DNA of 63,476 bases, the filler included, from Phoronis australis (Eukaryota > Animalia > Phoronida), in NCBI GenBank assembly GCA_002633005.1. It is 8 parts of 8 records of this genome, joined end to end, with 100 filler letters (N's around TTAATTAATTAA, not from the genome) between each part and the next. Parts side by side here need not be neighbours in the genome. Positions count along the whole stretch, not along the records: positions 16,422 to 42,592 come from NMRA01001336.1; positions 42,693 to 50,435 come from NMRA01000760.1; 6 more parts are not named here. One strand, written 5' to 3'. Both the position numbers and the translations under genes were made by a program. Each line of letters begins with the position of its first letter. Within the stretch, counting starts at the first letter, position 1. The notes under the pieces were generated by a model that was given only the letters and a program-made list of their open reading frames with translations, searched no databases and was not told where the DNA came from. Below, piece by piece: positions 36,873-49,663 of the stretch.

Positions 36873-39800
36873 CTATTCATACAAGTCTTCGCTTTCATAC
36901 TTCAGTTCTTCTAACTGCTCGTTGATGCTCTCCACAACACTGGCCAACCTGAAGAGAACGTTACGCTGTTGTCACTGTTGCTCTACCTGGCTCCTTGCTA
37001 ATGGAATGGCTATTTGAGTGAGAAGCCATACAAGACAATTGAATGAGACAATCGATAGTCACTTGGTGGCGCTAGTCAAACTATGGTCCACATGAGTATA
37101 CAGAGAAAATCTCGCCAATTTTGGACAAAAATAATTGTCAGAGTTTGCTTTTTCATTTTTCAAAGGCTTCTAACATTGACATGAACGCCCGTAAGTTCTC
37201 AAAATCATAATCTGACGGAAACTAAGGAAGTAATCATTTACAGAGGTCCAGCATTTTGAGAAGCAGTTTGATTCCATTATTCGGTGACTTGCAGCGTCTG
37301 CACGGTTAGCAGAAGGTCTTGGGTTTGAGTCCCGGTCGGGGGCAGAAATCTTTAAAGACTTATACTCATTAGGTCACGTGATGTGGCCAAAAGATGGCGT
37401 GCTGACAGCACAAATGTTTGCAACATATTTCCACACCATATTGAGATTGACATATTTACACGTTCAGTGACTATTGTCAGAACTATGGCAGAACATTTAT
37501 TTAGCATCACTTGTCTTTTATCGAAAAATGGCGTCCATGTTGTGTCGCAAATTGGTGGGATATCATTGTAAATGCATGCATTCACTTGGTGGTCCGCTAC
37601 CCAAAACGGACTGAACTAGTGGGGATGACGATCAGTCAGATAAATGCTCTATTGACGCCTGATAATCATTTTATTAGTGTCAATGATTTTTCAACAAATG
37701 AAAACTACAAAGAGTGTTGTCTCTAGCTAGCTTGGTGTGTACTGTGTAGATGTCGAAAAAACATTTGTCAAAATTTATACTACTTACAGCACGGTAGTCT
37801 GTAAAAAAGAAAAAATGACATAATATACAATTATTTTTTAGTGAAATAACCGAAGAAATGTCTTATCTTAGGTGAAAATAAAGATACCAGGTTATCTTAA
37901 AGAGACATTTTTCTGTGTTAGTTGCTGTACTCCCTTGCCAAATAGTTAACATTCAAGGAACAACAGAAAGTGACATAAACAACCCAGCAAAAGGGCCACA
38001 TCTTGGTTCCACATTAACATCCAGTTAATACTGTGTAACATGATTACATCATGATTGTCACTGCTCACCTTCCCTTTAAGTCTTGAACTTCCTGCGTAAA
38101 CGATTCATCATTGGGATGATCTATCACATTTTGAGTGGCTATTTGAAGCTTAGCAGTCTAAAAACAAGAGGGTCGTCGTTAAAGTTACTTACTACCAGCA
38201 CTGGAGCAAGTATCACAACGTAGGGATCGCTCGCATTACGAAAAAATGTTTCAAAATGATAACATGCATTGCGAAAAAGTTTTTCGCGAAAGTTGTCATG
38301 CCATCCAGTGGTCTTTGCATTGAGAGTGGTGGTAGAGCAGAACTCATGACTATCTTGTCGAATGGGTGGTGCAGGATATCAGTCTCCCTGGGTGACTGGC
38401 CAGGCTTGCCGTTCTCAAGATGTCTGAATGCCACCTCGCTGCTGCCATTCGACAAAATGATAATTTTGTGAATCTGTTACTAGAACAACTTGAGTCTCAA
38501 ATAGCTTTGAATTGATAGTATAAGGATTATGTCATACATACACAGTTTCTCTACCTATTTGTACATTCCAGAGATAGATTCAATTACCCCTATACAACAG
38601 AACTAGAGATGGGGTTGCAGCACCAATCAAGGCGGCGTGATAAAACTCACAATGTCGTGACTCTCTGATGACACAAAACTTGTCTTTAATATATAAAACC
38701 TCTATCCCCTAATACGGGAAGAAATTTCAATGTTTTAGGATACTTAATTTCTTTTGGAATCAGTCTGATTACATAACGCACATAGTTTCTGACATAATCG
38801 GTGAATCACTAGGGATTACCTGCATGGTCAGGCACCCTTTGTAGACCACCAAATGCCTAAAGAACTTGCTCACTCAGTCATTCAATGATTGAACAATGGT
38901 GAATTTCCACCTGGCCCATGATCATCACGATTTCGGAATCGTGGTGCACGTGTTGTTGCTCACTCACCAGTTCTAACTTAGTCTTTTCCTCTTCTTGCAC
39001 TTTCTCAATGTACTCGCTTAATTTAGGATAGCCAAGTTTGTCCTTTAGCTGATTCTGAATTACGATGATGTCTTCAGAGATCTTCTTGAACACTGATGTG
39101 ATTTCATGGACTAGTTGCTTGTACATAGGAAAGTTGTACTGAGGGGCTCCAGCCAGGTAAGCCTGGTAACCTCTGTAAAAGTTGGAAACTAAAGAATAAT
39201 GCCAAGATACCAATACGGGTTACGTATCAGAGCGAAAGAACAAGCGGATGATCAAATTTCCTCTGCCACAGTATTTCTTGGAGAAAAAAATGCTTTACAT
39301 CAAAAGAATCCTACACTGACACCATGATTGGTCGAGATTGGGCAACTCGACAGGTTTGCGTACCTCAAAATTTCCTGGTAATGATCGAAGACACATAGCT
39401 GCTGTAGTTAATTAAATCGCCTTAGGCTGCTGATGTTATCGATCTCTAGATAATGAGACCCGCACATAGTATTTTTAGATTTTCGTTTTGAAAGTTTTTA
39501 AATAGCATTTATGGATAGTTTGTGAAAAGTACACATGATTAGAAATTTTGAATTTTGAAAATTGGACAAGGAATGTGACTTTTACAAAACATTCGTGTAG
39601 TGCTACAATATTATGCTCCTCATCAATGTGAGAGATTTGCATTTGATTCCCAGGACCTGCCTTTTAATTCTAGAAAAAAGGTAACACCGTTGCATAATGA
39701 AGTAAAGTAATGCTTATAGTAATATTTCTTATCTTAATGATCTTATAGTTGTCTCTAACATGCCTGGAAAGGCACTGATTATGGTATGTACTTTTGAAAT

Positions 39801-40286
39801 GAGACAGTAATAAAGTTTCTGTATTTATGTTATAGAGGTATGTGACTTAAATCAAAATAGCACTTCTTGGATGGAACGCAGGTTTATAGCTGCTTTAAAA
39901 CTTTAGTCAGGATTTGCAACACCTTGATTCATTTTACCTTATGTCAGATACGATGTTCTGCTGTTAGCCAAATTTGGACATTTTTTCTAACTTAAAAAGC
40001 TTGAAAATTTTTAAACTTGCTTCTCAGTTTACTCACAAAGATTTCAAAAGTAAGCACAGCTTCACACATATAGGCACAGGGGTCTAGTAAGCACAGCTTC
40101 ACACATATAGGCACACGGGTCTAGTAAGCACAGCTTCACACATATAGGCACACGGGTCTAAACATGCAAATGTTAGAAGACACTCCCGTATTAATCTTAC
40201 TCATCAAATAAGTTGTAGGTGTGTACTCTTTCCTCTTGTAAGCCGTAAAATTTCTTGAGTTCCTCTCTGGCTTCTGCAGAATGTGC
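36873..40286 (-). CDS. REX1BD: REX1BD (C19orf60, Required for excision 1-B domain protein)
   Basis: Exons 40286-40201 (AHSAEAREELKKFYGLQEERVHTYNLFDE), 39172-38968 (GYQAYLAGAPQYNFPMYKQLVHEITSVF...EEEKTKLEL), 38157-38069 (TAKLQIATQNV...) and 36948-36873 (LASVVESINEQLEELKYESEDLYE*). In frame, GT-AG. The start codon may be an ATG-ending exon at 40880-40878. Confidence 0.85.
40051..40160. repeat. 37-bp minisatellite, 3 copies
   Basis: TAAGCACAGCTTCACACATATAGGCACA(G/C)GGGTCTAG repeated three times. Confidence 0.9.
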
Positions 40287-41428
40287 CTATAAAACGGAGA
40301 TCAATGATGCACAATGAGCAATTTGCGTGCTCTGTTCAACACAGTATCTTTTGCAAAGCTTTGCACACTGAAAATCTCTAATTAAATTATAACTTGTTAG
40401 CAAATCCAAACCTATGCCTTAAAGAACAACGAGTTGACTTGAAGGGTGTCAGTCGTGGGTACTACTACTAGAAAACATTTTCACGAGTCAAAGTAAGTTG
40501 TCTTTTATCCAAATGCAAAACATTATCAACTGAATTAATTCTCTTGTGGCCTAACTCGCGTGATTATGGTAAACGCGTGCGGTAAAAAATTAACGGTGAA
40601 CAAAAACAAATGTGGAGTTGTAATTCTTCTCCAATCATCTTAACTTCCATAGACACGCTTCATTGAGGATGTGTATAGAAGTAGATCTAGAAAGGATCGC
40701 TGAAGAAAGCAAGTGCTTTTTTAAGTGACAATATTAAGTGTAAAATGTATTCATTTTTGATGAGGTGAAAACCTATTTGGTGACCAGAAAAGGAAGCGCA
40801 AAACCTCTCTGTTGCCCATGGGCAGCAAGGTTTCCTTTGTTTTCACACACATACCTTCCCTGAGTTATCCTCAGTACCATGCTGCGGATGTTGGGTTTGT
40901 TGATTCAGGCTACAAACCACACAGCTGCCTGGCTGTACTTAAATATTGTTTTGGGTTCATTTTACTTATGCGTGTTTAACGGGTATTGCATATTTGCTTT
41001 AATTACAGAAAACCTTCAAATTTCGTTTTTGAAGCACAAAAATTGGTCCACAAATATTAAATGAAGTTACAGTATTTTGATGTGACCAGTTTCACAGTAC
41101 ACGAGGAAAGTAACTCCTGCAGTCAGACACTGTTCAGAAACACAGGCATCCTCAGCTTCTGATCGTCTCGAATACTACATACCGGTGTAACGGGGGCGGT
41201 ATCTACGACCAAGGCGCCCCGATTTTACGAGCCCGGTGCGGACTGAGGGTGATGTTGAANTCCCCTAATACGGGAAGAAATTTCAATGTTTTAGGATACT
41301 TAATTTCTTTTGGAATCAGTCTGGTTACATAAGGCAAATGGTTTGTGACAAAATCGGTGAATCATTAGGGATTACCTGCATGCTCAGGCACCCTTTATAG
41401 ACCACCAAATGCCTAAAGAACTTGTTCA

Positions 41429-42250
41429 GGGCTGTTCCAGTAAAATCCGTGTGGGAGGGGGGGACAGCAGTAGAAATAAAAATTCATGGGTGGTGGTCTT
41501 TAGAAAAAAACTCAAATTATGGGTGGTCGTTCCTGTAAGAAGTGATGCATTAAAAATGGATGGTATTTTTTGACCTGTTAATGTTGATAGTTTGGTTAGT
41601 CCAGCTGTTAAAACTAAAAACAAAATGCAATTGGCAAATATCCTAACTTATCCCTAAACAAAAAAGCCCATATTGCCAGTGAACAGAGTGCAATATGTTC
41701 ATTAAGCCATTAATCAAGTCATGGGCAACTTGATTTGAGCCAACTGTTTGTCTGCAGTCTTATTGAATTGAAAAGTTATGCAACGCTAAACTGGTGTTAA
41801 CACATGTAAGAAAATTGATGATTTTTAAATAAAAATATGAGTAGTAAGATAAACAAGTTCCAATATTCACTTGACATAGAAGTATAAAAGAGATCGTGGA
41901 GACAGTTTGAGATTCATAGATCCTTATAATTGAAAAAAATGTTCATTGAAATTATAGACACATGGTGAACAGAGACACCTGGTGGCTGCCAAAAGTATTG
42001 CTCACAGCTACTTTAGTTTTTGACAATATTGGACAAAACAACTAGTTCTTGTCTGTCAATCATCTAAGTTGTTAACAGGTCCTCCTGGAGGCAATTTGTT
42101 TGCAAGTGTTGGATTTTATATTTTATCCTATCAAAAATAATTAAAAAATTGTGGGTCATGGGTTGGAGAAATAAATGAAAAATATGGGCGGTGGATACGA
42201 AATAAAAGTGCCTTCCCCCCCCTCCCATACAGATTTTGCTGGAACAGCCC
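41429..42250. mobile_element. PIF/Harbinger-like MITE, second full-length copy (insertion allele in a REX1BD intron)
   Basis: Same TIRs as 34337-35118; TSD TCA at 41426-41428 and 42251-42253; the homologous empty site is at 38870-38872. Confidence 0.9.
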
Positions 42251-42344
42251 TCACTCATTCAATGATTGAACAATGGTGAATTTCCACCTGGCCCATGATC
42301 ACCACGATTTCGGAATCATGGTGCACGTGTTGTTGCTCACTCAC

Positions 42345-42549
42345 CAGTTCTAACTTAGTCTTTTCCTCTTCTTGTACTTTCTCAATGTACTCGCTTAAGT
42401 TAGGATAGCCAAGTTTGTCCTTTAGCTGATTCTGAATTACGATGATGTCTTCAGAGATCTTCTTGAACACTGATGTGATTTCATGGACTAGTTGCTTGTA
42501 CATAGGAAAGTTGTACTGAGGGGCTCCAGCCAGGTAAGCCTGGTAACCT
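42345..42549 (-). CDS. REX1BD: Second (probably allelic) copy of the 205-bp REX1BD exon
   Basis: Nearly identical to 38968-39172 (K to N in GYPKL/GYPNL); lies in a block starting right after the single n at 41260. Confidence 0.75.
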
Positions 42550-42728
42550 CTGTAAAAGTTAGAAACTAAAGAATAATGCCAAGATACCAATANNNNNNNN
42601 NNNNNNNNNNNNNNNNNNNNNNNNNNNNNNNNNNNNTTAATTAATTAANNNNNNNNNNNNNNNNNNNNNNNNNNNNNNNNNNNNNNNNNNNNTACGAGTT
42701 CATATTCAAATAAACCACTGGCACGTAC

Positions 42729-43003
42729 CCGGGTGCTTAACAGAGCCAAGCCGGTATACCCTTTCATTGAGGACCGTCACTGTTCTCTTTTGATGTGCAG
42801 CTTTCAAGTGGTGCGTATGAGCGAGTTCACGCACTTGAATCGCTGGAGTAGGCTTACAATTTACGTTGGCAACAACGTGTGAATGACAAATCACATTTCG
42901 CGCATGTAGCCTGAGAAACAAGTAAAGGGGTTAGAGAATTTCTAGGCAACTGAAAGTAAAGACGTGACCGTAGTTTGGCGATTAATAGAGTTGTCATTTT
43001 CAT
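42729..43003 (-). CDS. Possible 5' exons of a mitochondrial protein, tentatively METTL17/Rsm22-like
   Basis: CAAA-ATG at 43003; putative exons 43003-42969 and 42910-42729 (58-nt intron, weak donor) give a basic presequence-like MKMTTLLIAKLRLHARNV...VYRLGSVKHPG ending at a good donor GTACGT. The family guess rests only on the KHPG motif. Confidence 0.3.
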
Positions 43004-44528
43004 TTTGGCTGTCTTATGAGATAAAAAAACAAGACGCATATCTCTAAGTCACGACCAGTGCCGCAGTGCAATATAAGGGATATTGTCGTGGATATTTGGT
43101 ACATGTTATAAGGACATCTTACGCGAAAAATAAACATATTTCTCCATCACAAAGTTTGGTAAGTTGATCACTTAAGAATAGAAACACCGCTGATTTGGGA
43201 CGTTTTCTCACGTGTTATGCAGTGGCCCGAAACTTTCTTCGGCGAATCCGAAAATTTACAAAAGTAGCCGAAAGTGTTAGCCAATGAAACGCGTCAAAGA
43301 TCGATTCTGCATATCCCATGTTCACGCGACTTGTTTACAAGTCATCGGGAGGGTTGTTCTCGCTTAGTGTTCTTTTGAACTTGGATTTAGCAACAAACAA
43401 ATAACGGTCGGATTCACAAGAGTTGCTTTATATTTGCCAGGTATCTGTCGAGAAGTGTAATAACTCAGCTTGCATACGTTGAGAATTCCAGGTCGCATTT
43501 GCGAGTTGATACGAGCTGACAAAAATCTCAGCTCGAATTTCCAAATTTCAGGTCGCAAATGCGACCTGCAGCTCGTTATGTCGAGCCCTGGTCAGGATTA
43601 ATTCAGATTAAGTTCAAATCTGTGTTAGATCGCCACACGAGAAAAATCTGGACGAACACACCTGTTTTGAAGTTAGTCTGCAGGTGTGCGCCGAGTGAAC
43701 GAGCACTTGTGTGTCATTGCTTCTTGGCCACGTGCTCATTAACACAAGTTTCGATGAATTCGCAGTTTTTACGTGTACAAAGTAATCTGGATTCCTGTTG
43801 AGGGAGAAGATCTGTACGGGGAAGATACAATACTGTTCTGAAAGGCCTGGCCATAGTTTCTCGCAAGATCAGCAAAACTTTTGCATTATTGTTGAAGCAC
43901 TGCAGGAGTTTGAAGTGTACAGCCACGGTTAAATACTGACATTCTTCGAGGCTCGTGGTCTAAAAATTCCGTGCACAATTATTGATAAATTGAAGACATT
44001 ACTGTAGAATTTTAAAACTGTAGGTAAGGCATTTTTCACATATGTACACGTTCATGGACTGGACACTTATTTTAGCGAAGTCTGAAAATGAGTGGGGGGC
44101 GCTTATAGGGGCATGGGCACTTATTAGGATGATTATTATTATTTATAAAATAACTTTGGCTAAAATGACATTGTACATTAAAATAAGAAATCAGTTCCAA
44201 GAAATATATTTCACTTGCTGTGAGCACATGGACCGGTCTTCCGCCTTCCCCTCTGTTCTTCGTTTCAGACTAGTCCACAAATTTCTTTGTGTACGATCTC
44301 ACACTATCATCTTTTGTCTAAACATATCACGTAATGGGTAACATCTATTGAATCGGTAGGATCGCACTGTGTCGATGTTTTTACTACAAATGTGACGACA
44401 TTGACTTACACATATGATTTCGGTATCATTCGATTCCTTAAAGTTTCCAAAAATACACAGAAATTTCTCCTACCCCGTTCCATTAGGCCTTACAGTATTT
44501 TATCACACTATTTTCTGGTACTCCTCAA

Positions 44529-44830
44529 AGGCGTCCTCAGCTTCTGATCATCCCCAATATGCTACATATAATACAAGGTGTGACACTCTCGACAAGGAAT
44601 TCCATGGCTGCTTCACTTCAGCCGACCATACCAAAAAAAAATCAATGAATTAATACAAAACAGAGTTTCAACAAACCATTAGCAATCGTTTTTTCTTCTA
44701 ATGCCATTCACAGTGTCCTGTTCCAGTGAGTTCGCATCAAATTCACGGTCAAAGCACAAAAATTTCCCAAAAAGCCCATACATACTTCTCAATTTGACGG
44801 TTTGAAGTCAGGGACGGTACGGAAATTGCT
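44529..44830. mobile_element. Diverged single arm of the foldback family
   Basis: Aligns by eye to 23035-23342 (GGCGTCCTCAGCTTCTGATC...GGACGGTACGGAAATTGC). A short terminal piece is also at 41141-41180. Confidence 0.8.
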
Positions 44831-45006
44831 CATTTGTCACAGAAAGTCACGTTATCGATATCTTCATAACCTTGTGCCATGAACCAGCAATGTCTGTCCA
44901 TCCGTAACTCAGATAATTCCGTACTGACCATCACCATTATCACTTACATGGGCGTGCATCAGAACCAGCTACGGCATGGTTCAGAGAATAATTTTGTACG
45001 TGTTTA

Positions 45007-45861
45007 GGACGAGTTCTAATTTAAAAAACAATTAATTAAAATGCATTTTTTGTGACAATGATTAGTACTGTTTTAAACTTTATTTCACATTTTATATTTT
45101 AAAAGTCACATTTACTTATTGGTTTTGAATTAGAATTCTGTTCATCGCATACATGTAAATACAGGTTTTCCTGATAACTAATAGCTGTCAAATACAAAAC
45201 GATTATCGCTGCCATTCCCATCTATGTTACTTACCATCTGCAAAGGGAAGTGAAGATTTTAGTTGGTTATTTTATATCTTTAATCAAATGTATTGAAAAG
45301 TTAAAATCTTGGAGTATATTCCTAGCATAGACCTACCTGTGATGATTTCATGCAAAAGGTCAATCGGTACATTTTCGTCAAAAAACGTTGAATTAGTAGA
45401 AAAACACCAATACAGCTTATTAAAATAAATAATGCAAAAGTTTGAATCATTCTGAATTGATATCTTAGTCACAACAAACAATTTAGTACAAGAAATTCAG
45501 AGTGTACGTCCGTCACACTAACTCAACTTATATCGAGGCGCTCTCTGACAAAAAATATCTTAAAAGATATCGTCAAAAAATTGTGTGTTGTACTTTGCAA
45601 ACATAAATCATGTCATGTAAAACAAAAATTTGTAACTTAATGCAACTCACAGAAAATGAACATTATTTTTTTTAAATTCAAATTCCGTCACAACCCTTTA
45701 AAGGCAATTTTCTCAGTCAGATTGAAAGATAGGGGAAAAGTTGATAAACTCTTTGAAAGCAATCAATGAGACCTATCAATTGATTTTCATAGGGTGAACA
45801 TTTTTTTCACAATTGATCAAAATGTTCTCTGATTGTAGGTCCATCACGAATGGAATTGCCC
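45007..45861 (-). mobile_element. Partial inverted copy of the GGGCAATTCC-ended element
   Basis: Reverse-complement similarity to ~19452-20300, ending ATGGAATTGCCC. Confidence 0.8.
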
Positions 45862-46786
45862 TATTATAACTCCATGTACATATATATATGCATGTTTCAT
45901 TTTGATTTTATTTCCTGTATTTTGAAATTTGTAACTTTTTGTGTGGATGTACTACCACCCCTGAATGTCTGCGGCATCCAGGGCGATGTAATTGCCTAAT
46001 AACATATTTGTTGTAGATGTGCTTCCAGTGTTAGCCACTCGCTAACGGGCAATTGCCTATTAATTGATTGGTTAGCAGGCTTGCCAGTTTTATGGGGTGT
46101 TGCTGGTTCGATTATCGGGACGGGTAATCTCGGCTTTTGCTACAATATACAAGAGTTGTCTAACATGACTGCTGAGCAGGCGAGTTTTCACTGATCAAAA
46201 CTAGCGTGACAGTTGAAATACTCTTCAAGTCTGTAATTACAAGAACCAGTGCTTGAATAAACAATGCATAGGCCTTGAACAAACCCTGTTTACCTTTTTT
46301 TTTAAGTAATAAAATCTGCAAACCCACAGAATCGAGACTCCTGCAACCCTACATTTTAGACTGGGCGTGCGCATGTACCGAAATTGTGGTTATTCCTGTG
46401 CCCTGCCCCCCNCCTGGGTATTGGCAACGCGTAGCACCTTGACAGGCTGGCAAGCACCTTCAACACTACCCATTAGGCATCTGTTGGGTACAAATCCTAT
46501 CCACATGTATTTTAAACTCGTGGTAGTCTAAATCCGGTCATGGATTAAGAGGCTTTCTCCTCATCAAAAATTGATTTTATACTTATTTGTCACTTAAATA
46601 GCAATTAATTACTTAAGTGATTCTTTCTGGTTCTCTACATATCCTCAGTGAAACCTGTTTATGGGAATGTTTGGTCAATTGGTGTCACACGAGCCATTCC
46701 ACAACAAGAGACTGTGTGGAGCACATGGCCTGATGGCTGACACTTGCAAAAAAAGAAAGGGAGGATATCTGGAAGACTTTGTAAGA

Positions 46787-47192
46787 CTGGGCCCGGTCTC
46801 CAATTTTTTTACTCGAAATGGAACTCGAAATTAGGTTTGGCATTTTCTACTCTACTTTTGGGCAAACTCAAGATAAGTGTCTATTATTCTATGCTCGAGA
46901 ACACAATAACTTACGTAGATAATTTATTGCCCTTAGTTCACAGTTTGTAAACCCAATATTAAAGCAATAAGTTCGAGTTTGAACTCGAAATTTCGAGTTT
47001 TTACTCGAGTTTGTGGCACGAATATAAGGGTCCTCAAGGGCAAACTTGAACTAGAAACTCCTATGCAGAAACTATAATGTATTCGAGCACAGTCTGATAC
47101 CAATTATCTTACGTTCGCACAAAAGGAGCAAAGAAATTGCCAAAAATAGTTTCGAGTTCGTTTCGAGTACAAAGATTAGAGACCGGGCCCAG
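46787..47192. mobile_element. MITE with CTGGGCCCGGTCTC ends
   Basis: CTGGGCCCGGTCTC / GAGACCGGGCCCAG, with subterminal ACTCGAAA / TTTCGAGT repeats. Confidence 0.75.
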
Positions 47193-47559
47193 GTGTTCCT
47201 TGGCCTTTTTGTTTGTGAACTGGCTTGATTTCACGTAACTTCCTAGTGGCTTACGATTTTTGTCAGATTGCCAACCTTAACCTGAGGTTGCATTGGCGAC
47301 TTGCATGTCATCAAATCAAGCAATGCAAACTAATGAAATGTGATGCATTTCAAATATGGATCAAAATTTTAGTAACGTTACACTAAGAGCCAGCATTATA
47401 CGGTTATTTAGCTCTTGAACGAGCCATTCTTGCCAATCTTTCTCTTACAAAATTCTGGGGCACTTAGCAGCTCGCTTGTGATAAACTACCGTTTCATGGT
47501 ATTTCCTAAAATCTATTGTACATACAAAGTTCTGCAGTTTTGAGTTTTATTTTGTAGAG

Positions 47560-48942
47560 ATGGTGACGATGGCATTGAAGGGTCACCTCCAACATGGTGG
47601 AGTTCTTCTTCTTGGAGAAGGAGATTTCTCATTCACTCGCTCTCTCATAGAGTGTGTTGACAACAATCAGATTGTAACAACCAGCTTTCAAAGTGAAGAA
47701 TGTGTTGCCAGTCATCACAAGTCAGCTTTGGAAAACATAGAATACATTAAGAGTAAAGGTAGAATAATAATAATAATAATTGTTAACTTGTGTTTGTTGT
47801 TGTGTCTTGCAATATATACATAAAAATTGTTATAACCAGAAATAGCAATGTAAAACTATTCCTGAACATGATTGGGCAATAAAGGGTCACGTGTTTTGAG
47901 GACAGTTTTCTCCATTGCATAACAAGTATCAAAATGGTTTTTGAAATTCGGGAATGCTGTAATTGAATATTGCCTGTGATTATTTGACAAGATTATTCCA
48001 ACAAGACCTGCTCCAAACTAGCCAATTCCCACTTATTCCAAAAATTGTATGCTGAAGACACTGCATATTTGAAATATGTTTAGTTGGTTCACTGTGCAGA
48101 CCATAATTGGGCCATGTGACTAATGCAAGTCTTATATTGTGTAGCTTAGCCTAGTAACTTTCTACTGATAGTGCTGTTACAAGTCATATGAAAGACGACT
48201 ATCTTAAAAGTTTGACCTGTGCCATGTACACCCCAGTAATTCTACCCTGAGTGTGAGCATTAGGAACATGGACTGTATGGACCTGTCTTCACACTCGGAT
48301 TATTCATATACAACTTTTTGAACTAAAATAATGGTCTACAACATGTTTATTGAGCATGACTGATTATACACATACTTTTGTTCAATTGAGGAGGTCCTTG
48401 ACCAATCAGTGGGTGTTATTTTTTACTTGAGAGTTCAGACTTAGTGGAATGGTGTGGATGGATTGCATAACTTATTCAGCAATACCCTCACTGAGGCAGT
48501 TTGTGAATGCTCCTACTCAGCAATGTAACATTCCTCCCAGAGTATCGTCAATTTTGCACAGTCATATACGGCTTATTGTAGTGTACATAGACAGTGGTTC
48601 AAATATTGTATACAAAGTAACTTAGTTTTTCATTGCTTTATTACTGGCTTGTTCAAGGAAATGAAAGAATAATGTAAATGACCTACTAATCAAAGACATA
48701 GTTTACTGAGCAAATGATTTAATAAATGTAATTTGCCCTTGATTATGTGTAGTAGACTGTGCAAGTTCACTATAATTTTCTGCAGGTGTCACTGTGTTGT
48801 TTAACGTCGATGCCACCAAAATTCACCAGATGGAGACACTGTCTATGCACCCTTGGCATTGTGTGGTGTTCAATTTCCCTCACGTTGGAGGCAAGTCAAA
48901 TATTAAGAAGAACAAAAAGCTCCTGAAAGACTTCTTCTCAAG
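47560..48942 (+). CDS. FDXACB1: FDXACB1-like protein, N-terminal BMT5/DUF2431 rRNA methyltransferase-like domain, partial
   Basis: Exons 47560-47758 (VLLLGEGDFSFTRSL...IVTTSF...ENIEYIKSK) and 48786-48942 (GVTVLFNVDATKI...VVFNFPHVGGKSNIKKNKKLLKDFF). LLLGEGxFSF, VDAT and FNFPH are DUF2431 motifs. Confidence 0.85.
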
Positions 48943-48966
48943 GTATGGAAAATAAAGATTAGGCTT

Positions 48967-49172
48967 AGGTGGACATGCTCATTACAAACTTGCTGCATTT
49001 TAGGTGGACATGCTCATTAGAAACTCGGTGCATTTTAGGTAGGCATGTTCATTACAAACTCAGCCCATCTGAGGTGGACATGCTCATTACAAACTCAGCT
49101 CATCTGGACATGCTCATTACAAACTCAGCTCATCTGGACATGCTCATTACAAACTCAGCCCATCTTAGGTGG
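48967..49172. repeat. 30-34-bp minisatellite
   Basis: About 6 copies of GGACATGCTCATTACAAACTCAGC... Confidence 0.85.
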
Positions 49173-49278
49173 CAAATGCACATTAGAATCTCAGCCCTTG
49201 TTATGTGAACATGTTCATGGCACATTGTACTTCATCAACAGAGTTGTACAAGAACTGCGGTCGTTATCAATTTTCCTG

Positions 49279-49663
49279 ATCCACTCACAGCCTACCCTAG
49301 AACAACTTGCACTAGTGCAACTTTTCCCACACACACGCACGCACGCACGCACACACACACACACACCCATCCGATAACTGGGGTAAGTTTGAAGTTGTCA
49401 CTCTGTGCGTGACAATGAAACCTATTGCCAATACTGTGCACAAGAGAAAACCCGCCTGTATGCAATTACTTCTGGCCTGCCCAACTTTTGCAGCCGCACA
49501 GCCCTTAAAGCGGGCAGTTTGCCCTATAGCAAGTTTACCCACCTCGATAATGTGTAGTAAATTGTCACAAGTGGGGTAAGTTAAACAGCGTCCAGTCAGC
49601 ACTCAAACCTAGCGATAACTCATTCTAGGAGTGACTTGTTCTAGGGTAAGCCTGTATGTGGAT
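49279..49663. mobile_element. Degenerate MITE containing a (CA/CG)n microsatellite
   Basis: ATCCACTCACAGCCTACCCTAGAACAA versus TTGTTCTAGGGTAAGCCTGTATGTGGAT; CA-rich run at ~49328-49366. Confidence 0.6.

Noticed and set aside
37300-37346. tRNA-like B box GGTTTGAGTCCC (also ~46100)
   Set aside because: No cloverleaf; most likely decayed SINE heads rather than tRNA genes.
41186-41259. TGTAAC-starting GC-rich segment resembling an LTR 5' end
   Set aside because: Cut by an n after ~75 bp; no partner LTR, primer-binding site or ORF.
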